The translations under genes were made by a program, and so were the position numbers. Of a DNA stretch of 57,673 bases, positions 35,923-43,993 are shown one piece after another. How positions within the stretch are numbered: the first letter of the stretch is position 1; every line of letters starts with the position of its first letter. The notes beneath the pieces are model-generated. The model ran no database searches. It was given only the letters and a program-made list of their open reading frames with translations, and was not told the DNA's origin. The DNA comes from an uncultured Pseudomonadota bacterium (lineage in GTDB: Bacteria > Myxococcota_A > Polyangia > Fen-1088), in NCBI GenBank assembly GCA_963847705.1, contig CAWKBC010000002.1:1-57673 (forward strand), in the 5' to 3' direction.

Positions 35923-38568
35923 ATGGAGCAGCGACGCACCGAGCGGCTGGTCGTCGTCGGAAACGGCATGGTCAGCCACCGCTTCCTCGAGCTCCTGGCG
36001 GCCCGCCAGGCCAAGGCGACCCACCCTCCCCAGCCGTCCTTCGAGGTCACGCTCATCGGTGAGGAGCCGCGGCTGGCCTACGACCGCGTGGGCCTCTCGA
36101 CCTTCTTCGACGGGCGGACGCCCGAGGAGATGACCCTGCCCGCCGCCGGCCAGTACGAGGCGGCCGGCTTCGCGGTCCGGCTGAACGCGCGGGTGACCGG
36201 GCTCGATCGGCAGCGGCGCGTCGTCGTCGTGCAGGCAGAGGGCGAAGCGCAGGAGGTCGGATACGACCGGCTGGTGCTGGCGACCGGCTCGTCGGCCTTC
36301 GTGCCGCCGATTCCGGGACGCGACGCCGCCGGCTGCTTCGTCTACCGGACGATCGAAGATCTGGAAGCGATCCGCGACTGGTCGACGGTACGACCGGGCG
36401 GCGTCGGTGCTGTCATCGGTGGCGGCTTGCTGGGGTTGGAGGCGGCGTACGCGCTCTCCAAGCTGGGGATGAAGGTCCACGTCATCGAGTTCGCGCCGCG
36501 GCTGATGGCGCTGCAGCTCGACGAGACCGGCGGCGCCGTGCTGCGCCGCCGGATCGAGGACCTCGGCGTCGAGGTCCACACCGCGACCTCGACCAAGGAG
36601 ATCCTGGCGGGCGCGGACGGGCGGGTGCGCGCGCTGCGGTTCGCCAACGGCGACGAGCTGGACGTCGATCTGCTGGTCTTCTCGGCCGGCATCCGGCCGC
36701 GTGACGAGCTGGCGCGCGCCGCGGGGCTGCCGCTCGGCGAGCGCGGCGGCATCGTCATCGATCAGAGCTGCCGCACCGAGGACGCCGCGATCTACGCCAT
36801 CGGCGAGTGCGCCTCGTACGAGGGGCGCTGCTACGGACTGGTCGCCCCCGGCTACCAGATGGCGCGCGCGGCGGTCTCGGCGATCTGCGAGGCCAGCCGA
36901 AGCGACGGGGACCGATTGGCCGAGGAACGGGACGCGGTCGACGCCGTCTTCACGGGCTTCGACATGAGCACCAAGCTCAAGTTGATGGGGGTCGACGTCG
37001 CCAGCTTCGGCGATGCCTTCGGCTCGCACGCCGGCGCGCACGTGGTGAGCCTCCTCGACACCAGCGCGGCGCTCTACAAGAAGCTGGTCCTCTCGCCCGA
37101 TCGCAAGCACCTCCTCGGCGGGATGCTGGTCGGCGACGCCAGCGCCTACGGCGAGCTCCTGCAGCTGGCCCAGAACCGCATCGTGCTGCCGCCCGAGCCG
37201 GAGAGCCTGATCCTCCCCGCCGGAAAAGGGGAACGGCCCGCCGGCCTGGGCGTCACCGCGCTCCCCGACGCCGCGCAGATCTGCTCCTGCAACAACGTCA
37301 GCAAGGGGGAGATCTGCAGCGCCATTCGCGACCAGAAGCTGACCGTCGTCGGCGCGGTGAAGAGCTGCACCAAGGCCGGCACCACCTGCGGCTCCTGCGT
37401 CCCGCTGGTCACCGATCTGCTCAAGATGGAGCTGAAGAAGGCCGGGGTGACGGTCAGCGATCACCTCTGCGAGCACTTCCCCCACAACCGGCAGCAGCTC
37501 TATCACCTGGTCCGCTTCCACCAGCACAAGACGTTCGACGCGCTCCTGGCCCAGCACGGCCGCGGGCGCGGGTGCGAGATCTGCAAGCCCGCCGTGGCGT
37601 CGATCCTCGCCTCGGCCTGGAACGAGCACGTGCTCAAGCCCAAGCACCGCCCGCTGCAGGACACCAACGATCGCTACCTGGCCAACATCCAGCGCGACGG
37701 AACCTACTCGGTCATCCCGCGCGTCGCCGGCGGCGAGATCACGCCGGCGGAGCTGATCGCCATCGGGCAGATCGCCGGCAAGTATGGCCTCTACACCAAG
37801 ATCACCGGCGCGCAGCGGATCGACATGCTGGGCGCGCGGCTCGAGCAGCTCCCGGACATCTGGCGCGAGCTCTGCGACGCCGGGTTCGAGTCGGGGCACG
37901 CCTACGGCAAGGCGCTGCGCACGGTGAAGTCCTGCGTCGGCAGCACCTGGTGCCGCTACGGCGTGCAGGACTCGGTCGCGCTGGCCGTCCGGATCGAGAA
38001 CCGCTACAAGGGGCTGCGCGCGCCGCACAAGCTGAAGTCGGCGGTGTCGGGCTGCGCGCGCGAGTGCGCGGAGGCGCAGGGGAAGGACTTCGGCATCATC
38101 GCCACCGAGAAGGGCTACAACCTCTATCTCTGCGGCAACGGCGGGATGAAGCCGCAGCACGCGCAGCTCTTCGCCACCGATCTCGACGAGGCGACGCTGC
38201 TCAAGTACATCGACCGCTTCCTGATGTTCTACGTCCGCACCGCCGACCGGCTGCAGCGGACCGCGGGCTGGCTCAACAACCTCGAGGGGGGCCTCGACTA
38301 CCTGAAGAGCGTCATCATCGACGACGCGCTGGGGATCTGCGCCGAGCTCGAGGCCGAGATGGCCCACGTCATCGAGACCTACGCCTGCGAGTGGAAAGCG
38401 GCCCTCGAGGACCGCGAGACGATGCGGCAATTCCGGGCCTTCGTGAACAGCGACGCGCCCGACCCCAGCGTCCTGAACGTCCCCGAGCGCGCCCAGCACC
38501 GCCCGGCGACCTGGGCTGAAAAAGCGATCCGCCTCCCGGCGCTGGCACTGGCCGGCGGAGGCCGCTGA
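35923..38568 (+). CDS. nirB: NADH-dependent nitrite reductase large subunit
   Basis: VVGNGMV, GGGLLGLEA, CSCNNV, CGSC, ANIQRDGTYSV.PR, KSCVGSTWCRYG, SGCARECAEA. Confidence 0.97.
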   Translation: MEQRRTERLVVVGNGMVSHRFLELLAARQAKATHPPQPSFEVTLIGEEPRLAYDRVGLSTFFDGRTPEEMTLPAAGQYEAAGFAVRLNARVTGLDRQRRVVVVQAEGEAQEVGYDRLVLATGSSAFVPPIPGRDAAGCFVYRTIEDLEAIRDWSTVRPGGVGAVIGGGLLGLEAAYALSKLGMKVHVIEFAPRLMALQLDETGGAVLRRRIEDLGVEVHTATSTKEILAGADGRVRALRFANGDELDVDLLVFSAGIRPRDELARAAGLPLGERGGIVIDQSCRTEDAAIYAIGECASYEGRCYGLVAPGYQMARAAVSAICEASRSDGDRLAEERDAVDAVFTGFDMSTKLKLMGVDVASFGDAFGSHAGAHVVSLLDTSAALYKKLVLSPDRKHLLGGMLVGDASAYGELLQLAQNRIVLPPEPESLILPAGKGERPAGLGVTALPDAAQICSCNNVSKGEICSAIRDQKLTVVGAVKSCTKAGTTCGSCVPLVTDLLKMELKKAGVTVSDHLCEHFPHNRQQLYHLVRFHQHKTFDALLAQHGRGRGCEICKPAVASILASAWNEHVLKPKHRPLQDTNDRYLANIQRDGTYSVIPRVAGGEITPAELIAIGQIAGKYGLYTKITGAQRIDMLGARLEQLPDIWRELCDAGFESGHAYGKALRTVKSCVGSTWCRYGVQDSVALAVRIENRYKGLRAPHKLKSAVSGCARECAEAQGKDFGIIATEKGYNLYLCGNGGMKPQHAQLFATDLDEATLLKYIDRFLMFYVRTADRLQRTAGWLNNLEGGLDYLKSVIIDDALGICAELEAEMAHVIETYACEWKAALEDRETMRQFRAFVNSDAPDPSVLNVPERAQHRPATWAEKAIRLPALALAGGGR

Positions 38569-38569
38569 G

Positions 38570-38962
38570 GTGTCGGCCGTCGCGGTGGAGATCGAAGAAT
38601 CCGCGCTGGCCTGGCTCGACGTCTGCGCGCTCGACGACATCCTTCCCGACACCGGCGTCGCGGCGCTGGTCGACGGGCGACAAATAGCGCTCGTCCGAAT
38701 CGGTGAGGGCGACGGCGCCGAGGTCTACGCCCTCGACAACTTCGACCCCTTCAGCCACGCCTTCGTGATCGCCCGCGGCATCGTGGGCGATCGGCAAGGG
38801 GTCCCGAAGATCGCCTCGCCGATCTTCAAGCAGAGCTTCGACCTGCGCACCGGCCAGTGCCTCGACGATCCGGCGGTGCGCCTGGCCTCGTACCCGGTGC
38901 GGGTCGTGCAGGGGCGAGTCCTCGTCGCCAGGCCGAGCGAAGCGGCCGTCGGCAAGCGTTAG
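38570..38962 (+). CDS. nirD: Nitrite reductase small subunit
   Basis: GVAALVDGRQIAL, NFDPFSHAFVIARGIVGD, ASPIFKQSFDL.TGQC. Confidence 0.95.
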   Translation: MSAVAVEIEESALAWLDVCALDDILPDTGVAALVDGRQIALVRIGEGDGAEVYALDNFDPFSHAFVIARGIVGDRQGVPKIASPIFKQSFDLRTGQCLDDPAVRLASYPVRVVQGRVLVARPSEAAVGKR

Positions 38963-38984
38963 CTGGTCGCCCCGGCTGGCGGCC

Positions 38985-40061
38985 TCAGCTGGCGGCGACC
39001 AGGCCCAGGGTGGCCAGGCCGACCTCGTCGAGGAGCTCGATCTTGCGCGAGGTGAGGTTGAACCAGCCGCGCGCGTCGAGATCGGTCTCGTCCTCACGGC
39101 CGGCGAGAATCAGCTCTTCGGCACGCGACAGATCGCTCTCCACCGTCGAGCCGAGCGCCCGCGCGAGCAGCTCCTCCGCGGCGCGCGGTGCGGTGGCGGC
39201 GAAGATGTGCAGGTAGCTCCGCCGCGCCGAGAGAAGCGCCGCCAGCGTCTGCCGATCTTCGTCGGAGAACGACCGCGCCGCGAAGGCAGCCCCCAGGCGC
39301 GCGCGCTCGATCCCGGTCTTCTCCGTGGCGTAGAGCAGGACCACGCTGGCCAGCGCGCTCGCGTGCTGGGGGCCCGGCGCGAAGGCGACCAGCGCGCCGT
39401 CGCCGATGCCGAGCAGCTCGACGTTGGTCGCCGAATAGGTCGCCACGATCTCCTGCGCGCTGATCTCACCGGCGTCGAGCGCCGCGCGCGCCTTGCCGAC
39501 CGCGCGAAGCTGCGCGTCGACCTTTTCGAACCGGCGCGCCAGCGTGGCCCCCATCGGCTCGGCCAGCTCGCGCCGCACCGCCGTCAGCCGCTCGCGTTTG
39601 GCGTTGGCGCGCTCGCGCTGCCGGGCCAGCTCGCGCCGAAAGTGGCGCCCCGACGAGGCGGCGCAGATGGCCGACATCCCGCGTTCGACCTGGACCTCGT
39701 GGAGCAGCGCGGCCATCGCGGTGACGAGGCGCGGGAAGAGGTCCCGCGGCGGCGGCCGGGTCGGCGCCGGCTCCGGGGTCGATCGCCCTCCGCGCGCGTC
39801 GGGCGCTCGATCCTTCGAGAGGAAGGCGATCTGCTTCTCCACGCAGGCGCCCTTGAGCATCCCGGCGTCGACCGCCTGGCGGAGCGCGGCGTCGAAGGTG
39901 GCGGCCTCGAAGGTCCGGACCCCCGCCCCGCCCGCCGGCGCCTCTGCCGGCGCCACCGTCACCAGCGCCGCGCCGTCGTCGGCCAGATCGACGCTGCCCG
40001 AATCGTCCGGACCGAGACAGAAGTGCAGCAGGCGCAGAGCGTCTTGGCGGGTGAGCGGCAT
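38985..40061 (-). CDS. Soluble NIT (nitrate/nitrite-sensing) domain protein with unknown N-terminal domain
   Basis: LLHEVQVERGMS, LARQR, EKTGIERA, WFNLTSRKIELL; no TM or ANTAR seen. Confidence 0.82.
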   Translation of the reverse strand: MPLTRQDALRLLHFCLGPDDSGSVDLADDGAALVTVAPAEAPAGGAGVRTFEAATFDAALRQAVDAGMLKGACVEKQIAFLSKDRAPDARGGRSTPEPAPTRPPPRDLFPRLVTAMAALLHEVQVERGMSAICAASSGRHFRRELARQRERANAKRERLTAVRRELAEPMGATLARRFEKVDAQLRAVGKARAALDAGEISAQEIVATYSATNVELLGIGDGALVAFAPGPQHASALASVVLLYATEKTGIERARLGAAFAARSFSDEDRQTLAALLSARRSYLHIFAATAPRAAEELLARALGSTVESDLSRAEELILAGREDETDLDARGWFNLTSRKIELLDEVGLATLGLVAAS

Positions 40062-40152
40062 GAAAAGCCCGTGAATCCCCTTCTCCGATCAGCTTCCGCC
40101 GGCCGCTGTTTCAGCCGCGTTTCCGCCCCGCTCCGAAGCCGTTAATTCGGCG

Positions 40153-40521
40153 CTAGGTCGGGTCCGGATCCTCCGCGATCTCGATCTTGACGTTCCACGA
40201 CTGCGCCAGCCAGTCGAGGAGGCCGGTCTCGGCGTTGTCGAGCGCCCCCTCATCCGCGCTCTCCAGCACCGTCCCGAAGATCAGGTCACGCGACTCCTGG
40301 CGGCCGATCGTCTTGAGGAACTTCTTGAAGCTCTCCTCGTCCTGAAAGCGCTTCTCGAAGGTGTCCAGCGTCCGCTGGTACCCGTCGTTACCGAAGGCCG
40401 CCACCAGCGTCTCGACGTGCTCCAGCTCGTCCTCGGACACCTCGCCGTCGGACATCACGATCAACTTCATGAGCCCGACGAGCGCCGTCCGTTCGTCCTG
40501 ATTCAGATCGGGGAGTTCCAT
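40153..40521 (-). CDS. TerB-like protein
   Basis: IVMSDGEVSEDELEHV and ADEGALDNAETGLL acidic motifs. Confidence 0.7.
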   Translation of the reverse strand: MELPDLNQDERTALVGLMKLIVMSDGEVSEDELEHVETLVAAFGNDGYQRTLDTFEKRFQDEESFKKFLKTIGRQESRDLIFGTVLESADEGALDNAETGLLDWLAQSWNVKIEIAEDPDPT

Positions 40522-40848
40522 CCCGTTCGTTTACCGTGCCGGAGGCCGCCCGCCAAGCCCGTCGTGGGCGATGATAGGCAGGCCGGATTTCCCGGGGGAA
40601 TCGGCGCGCCGCCGATCGCAGAGGGACCAGCGGAATCGGCAGCAGAGCGCGCTACGGCGACCGCCCCCCGGCGACCCGTCGTTGAGCCAGACGGCCGCGC
40701 GCCGCTGCTGATTGCGTAACGCCCATTGCCCTCACGATCATTGACGTATTTTTTTGTTGCGCCTGAGCATTTTGCTCGTGACTCCTTGGATTGAATGGGA
40801 GCTAATCACCACGATTCACCCCCAGTTCTCTTGCGTGGAGGGATTGTG

Positions 40849-42177
40849 ATGGTTCGTACTGGCCGGTTGACGTTGGTGGTGTCCGTGTTGTTCGCGCTGG
40901 GCGGCTGCGGTGGCGGCGACGGCTCCACATCGGGCACTGGGGGTGGCAGCGGTGGGGGAGCTGCCGGCGCAAAGGGCACCGGCGGCCTGACCGGCACCGG
41001 AGGCCAATCCGGCAAGGGCGGCAGCGGAGGTTCCGCGGGTGCGACAGGCACGGGTGGCGCCGCAGGGGCGACGGGCGCCGGAGGGACAGCAGGCGCGACG
41101 GGCGCCGGAGGGACCGCGGGAGCGAAAGGCACCGGCGGCACCGCAGGCGGGGAGGGCGAAACTGGAGGCGCAGGTGGCGTGGCAGGGACCGGGGGCACAG
41201 CCGGCAAGGGAGGCTCGGCCGGTGGCTCAGGCGGCACCGCAGGGTCCGCGGGCGCGGCGGGCACCGGGGGCGCGGCGGGCAGCGGCGGCGCGGGCGGCCT
41301 GGCGGGCGCGGTCGGCGCCGCGGGCGCAGCCGGTACGGCGGGCGGAGCGGGCACCGCAGGCGCAGCGGGAGGGCCGCCGGGCACCTGCGGAGGGACAGGC
41401 CAGGCCTGTTGCGCCGCGAACAGCTGCGAAGGCGCCGGCTGCTGCGTTCACGGGACCTGCGTGGCGTCGGGAGCCAGCTGCGGTGCGAACGCCGGCACCT
41501 GCATGACCGCCTCTTGCAAGATGACGGGTGGAACCAGCTGCGGAGCCGTGGCCGAGAACTGCTGCACCGCAGGTGGGAATTCCTGCACTGCCTCCGGCAC
41601 ACGCTGCGACACCACGACCGATATGTGCATCGCCTGTGGAGCCTCGGGCGGGCTCTGCTGCAGCGGCGCTGCGGCCACCGCCTGCGGGGCGGGCTTCTCC
41701 TGCCAGGCGGCGACCGGTGGCGGGGCGATGACCTGCCGGGCCTGCGGCGGGAACGGCGATGCCTGCTGCGCGGGGAATGTCTGCAGCGGCAGCCTCGTCT
41801 GCGCCAACCCAGGCGGGGGAGCAGCGCGGACCTGCATGAATTGCGGCGCCGTCGGGACGGCCTGCTGCCCGGGGGATCTCTGCCAGACCGGGAACGAGTG
41901 CATGCCCGGCGCGGGTGACGCCGGCGGCACGTGCGCGGCCTGTGGCGGAGCCAATCAGCCCTGTTGCGGGGGCGGCGGGAACGCAACCTGCGACGCCGGC
42001 TTCAGGTGCACCACATCGACTGGCGGAGCCGGGGGCGCCGGGGGCGCCGGGGGCGCTGCCGGATCCGGCGGAAGCGCGAGCTGCAAGGCCTGCGGCGCGA
42101 TCGGAGAGGCCTGCTGCACCGGTCGCATGTGCACCACCGGCGCCTGCACGGGCACCGGCGTCGGCGCCTGCACCTGA
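40849..42177 (+). CDS. Lipoprotein with Gly-rich linker and repeated Cys-rich CGxxGxxCC modules
   Basis: Lipobox LGGC; about 7 units such as CGGTGQACC, CGASGGLCC, CGGNGDACC. Confidence 0.85.
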   Translation: MVRTGRLTLVVSVLFALGGCGGGDGSTSGTGGGSGGGAAGAKGTGGLTGTGGQSGKGGSGGSAGATGTGGAAGATGAGGTAGATGAGGTAGAKGTGGTAGGEGETGGAGGVAGTGGTAGKGGSAGGSGGTAGSAGAAGTGGAAGSGGAGGLAGAVGAAGAAGTAGGAGTAGAAGGPPGTCGGTGQACCAANSCEGAGCCVHGTCVASGASCGANAGTCMTASCKMTGGTSCGAVAENCCTAGGNSCTASGTRCDTTTDMCIACGASGGLCCSGAAATACGAGFSCQAATGGGAMTCRACGGNGDACCAGNVCSGSLVCANPGGGAARTCMNCGAVGTACCPGDLCQTGNECMPGAGDAGGTCAACGGANQPCCGGGGNATCDAGFRCTTSTGGAGGAGGAGGAAGSGGSASCKACGAIGEACCTGRMCTTGACTGTGVGACT

Positions 42178-42197
42178 CTTCGGTGCCCGGTCGTTCT

Positions 42198-42500
42198 ATG
42201 TGGCGCGTGCGCAAATGGATCGCGCCTTCGCTGACCATCACCTTCGCGGCCCTGGCCGGGTGCGGGCACACGACGGTCGGCCCCACCCCGGCTGGCGCGC
42301 CGCCGCCCTCGCCCGCCGCTGCCGACTCCGGCCATGGTGACAGCCAGATCGTCGTCTCGGCCGACCTAGACCTCGGCTCGCCCGATCTCATCGCGCTCTG
42401 GTCGGTCTACGGCGTCGCGCTGGCCGACGCCGCAGAGAGAATCGGCCGCGCCGACTACGCCGGCGAGGTATCGGCCCGCGCGCTGCTCGCCGATCGCTGA
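42198..42500 (+). CDS. Short lipoprotein, possibly a truncated remnant
   Basis: Lipobox LAGC; ends abruptly at ALLADR-TGA. Confidence 0.5.
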   Translation: MWRVRKWIAPSLTITFAALAGCGHTTVGPTPAGAPPPSPAAADSGHGDSQIVVSADLDLGSPDLIALWSVYGVALADAAERIGRADYAGEVSARALLADR

Positions 42501-42545
42501 CGAGCGCTCGGGCTTGCCGCGGGCGCTTCCGACCGCCGCAGGCGC

Positions 42546-43862
42546 TCAGCCGAGGCGGCGTTGCGCGGCGAGCCGCGCCTGGCGCTTCTGACGGGCGAGC
42601 CGCGCCAGGCGCAGCCGCTTCTCGCTCATGGCCAGCTGATTGGTGATCGTGCGATCGGGCGGCAGGACGAAGGCCGAGAGGAACCGGACCGGATCCTCGA
42701 GCTCCCCGTTCTCGTGAACCTCGAAGTGCAGGTGGCTGCCGGAGACCTTCACCCCCGAGCGCCCCACGGTGCCGATGATCTCGCCGGCGTGGACGGTCTG
42801 GCCGGCGACGACGCGAAAGCCGGTCAGGTGGAAGTAGCCGCTGCGGATCCCCCCCGCGTGCATGATGCGGACGAAGAACCCGCCCGGCCCCATGGTGCGG
42901 TTGCGCCAGCGCCGCACCTGGCGCGGAAAAAGCCCGAGCGCCGGGTGATCGCCGGTCAGGTCGACGCCGGCGAACTGCACGACGCCGTCGGCCACCGCGC
43001 GCACCGGCTCGCCGATCGTCGCGTCGATGTCGAGCCCGCGATGCGACCGGGCGCCGTCCTCCCGGTCGGCGCCGAGGCCGCTGGTCCCGAGGCGGGTCCC
43101 GCCCTCGAGCGGCGCCACGATCGTCAGCCCCAGCGAGGAGGCGCGGAACGTGGGCGGCGGGTTCGCGTAGGCCTCGAGCAGCCGGCGGCGCGCCGTCAGC
43201 GTGCGATCCTCGGCGGTGGTCCCCCAGACGCGATCGCCCCAGAAGAAGTGCGCCAGCGCCGTCCGATGGGGCGTGCTGCCGAGCGCGCGATCGATCGCGA
43301 CGTGCTCGGCCTCCCACATCTTGTAGAGCGCGATCCCCACCCGCAGGTTGTGCGCCGGATCGAGCAGCGCCTCGCGATCCAGGTCGGCGCGCGGAAACGG
43401 CAGCGCGGCGCCCGGCGCGAACATCGACGGCTGGATCTCGAGCAGGCCAATTCCCGCGGCGCCCGTCGACGACGGACGGCAGCGGCTGGTGCGGTAGGCG
43501 AGCGCGGCGATCAGAAACGGATCGGCGCCGGTCTCGGCGCTGACCCGACGGACAACCTCGGCGACGGCCGGCAGTCCCGCGTTGGGCGCCACCTCGCCAC
43601 AAACCTTCTCCACGGCGGCGTCGAAGCGCGCGGCGTCGAGCGGCCCGGCCTCGAGCGCCGGCTCGGCCGGCCAGTCCGAGGGGTCTTCCAGCTCATGAAT
43701 CCCGCGCCGCTCGGGCCCGGTCCCGCGCCGCTGGCGCTGCCCGGCCCGCGGCATCTGGAACGTCGGCGCCGGCGCCTCCGGTGACGGCGTTTGCGCCATC
43801 CCACCGCCCGAAAGATCTGCCGCCGCCAGGACCAACGAGAGCGCGAGTGAGCCGAAAGCCAT
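42546..43862 (-). CDS. Exported fusion of a degenerate SLT-like domain and an M23 peptidase
   Basis: DPFLIAALAYRTS..GIGLLEI..LLDPAHNLRVG (SLT-like); HRGLDI, YFHL, GEIIGTVGRSG..HLHFEV (M23). Confidence 0.88.
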   Translation of the reverse strand: MAFGSLALSLVLAAADLSGGGMAQTPSPEAPAPTFQMPRAGQRQRRGTGPERRGIHELEDPSDWPAEPALEAGPLDAARFDAAVEKVCGEVAPNAGLPAVAEVVRRVSAETGADPFLIAALAYRTSRCRPSSTGAAGIGLLEIQPSMFAPGAALPFPRADLDREALLDPAHNLRVGIALYKMWEAEHVAIDRALGSTPHRTALAHFFWGDRVWGTTAEDRTLTARRRLLEAYANPPPTFRASSLGLTIVAPLEGGTRLGTSGLGADREDGARSHRGLDIDATIGEPVRAVADGVVQFAGVDLTGDHPALGLFPRQVRRWRNRTMGPGGFFVRIMHAGGIRSGYFHLTGFRVVAGQTVHAGEIIGTVGRSGVKVSGSHLHFEVHENGELEDPVRFLSAFVLPPDRTITNQLAMSEKRLRLARLARQKRQARLAAQRRLG

Positions 43863-43907
43863 GTTCTTTCCGTGTCCTATCGGCTGAGCCCGTGAATTTT
43901 TGAGGAG

Positions 43908-43916
43908 TTATCCACA
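43908..43916 (+). promoter_or_regulatory. Perfect DnaA-box consensus TTATCCACA
   Basis: Exact 9-mer in an AT-richer intergenic region 46 bp upstream of the M23 gene; single copy. Confidence 0.4.
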
Positions 43917-43993
43917 GCTGACCGAGGTGACACTAACGCGGCTGGACAAACGGGCGGAAGACCCAATCGCCGGCCACCTGACAGAAAGCAGGA

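Noticed and set aside
35890-38652. 920-aa antisense ORF and similar long shadow ORFs (2779-4950, 32425-34614, 44081-45964)
   Set aside because: Mirror frames of real genes; long stop-free antisense frames are expected at this GC content
43908-43916. Replication origin
   Set aside because: Single DnaA box, no box cluster, unwinding element or dnaA/dnaN context
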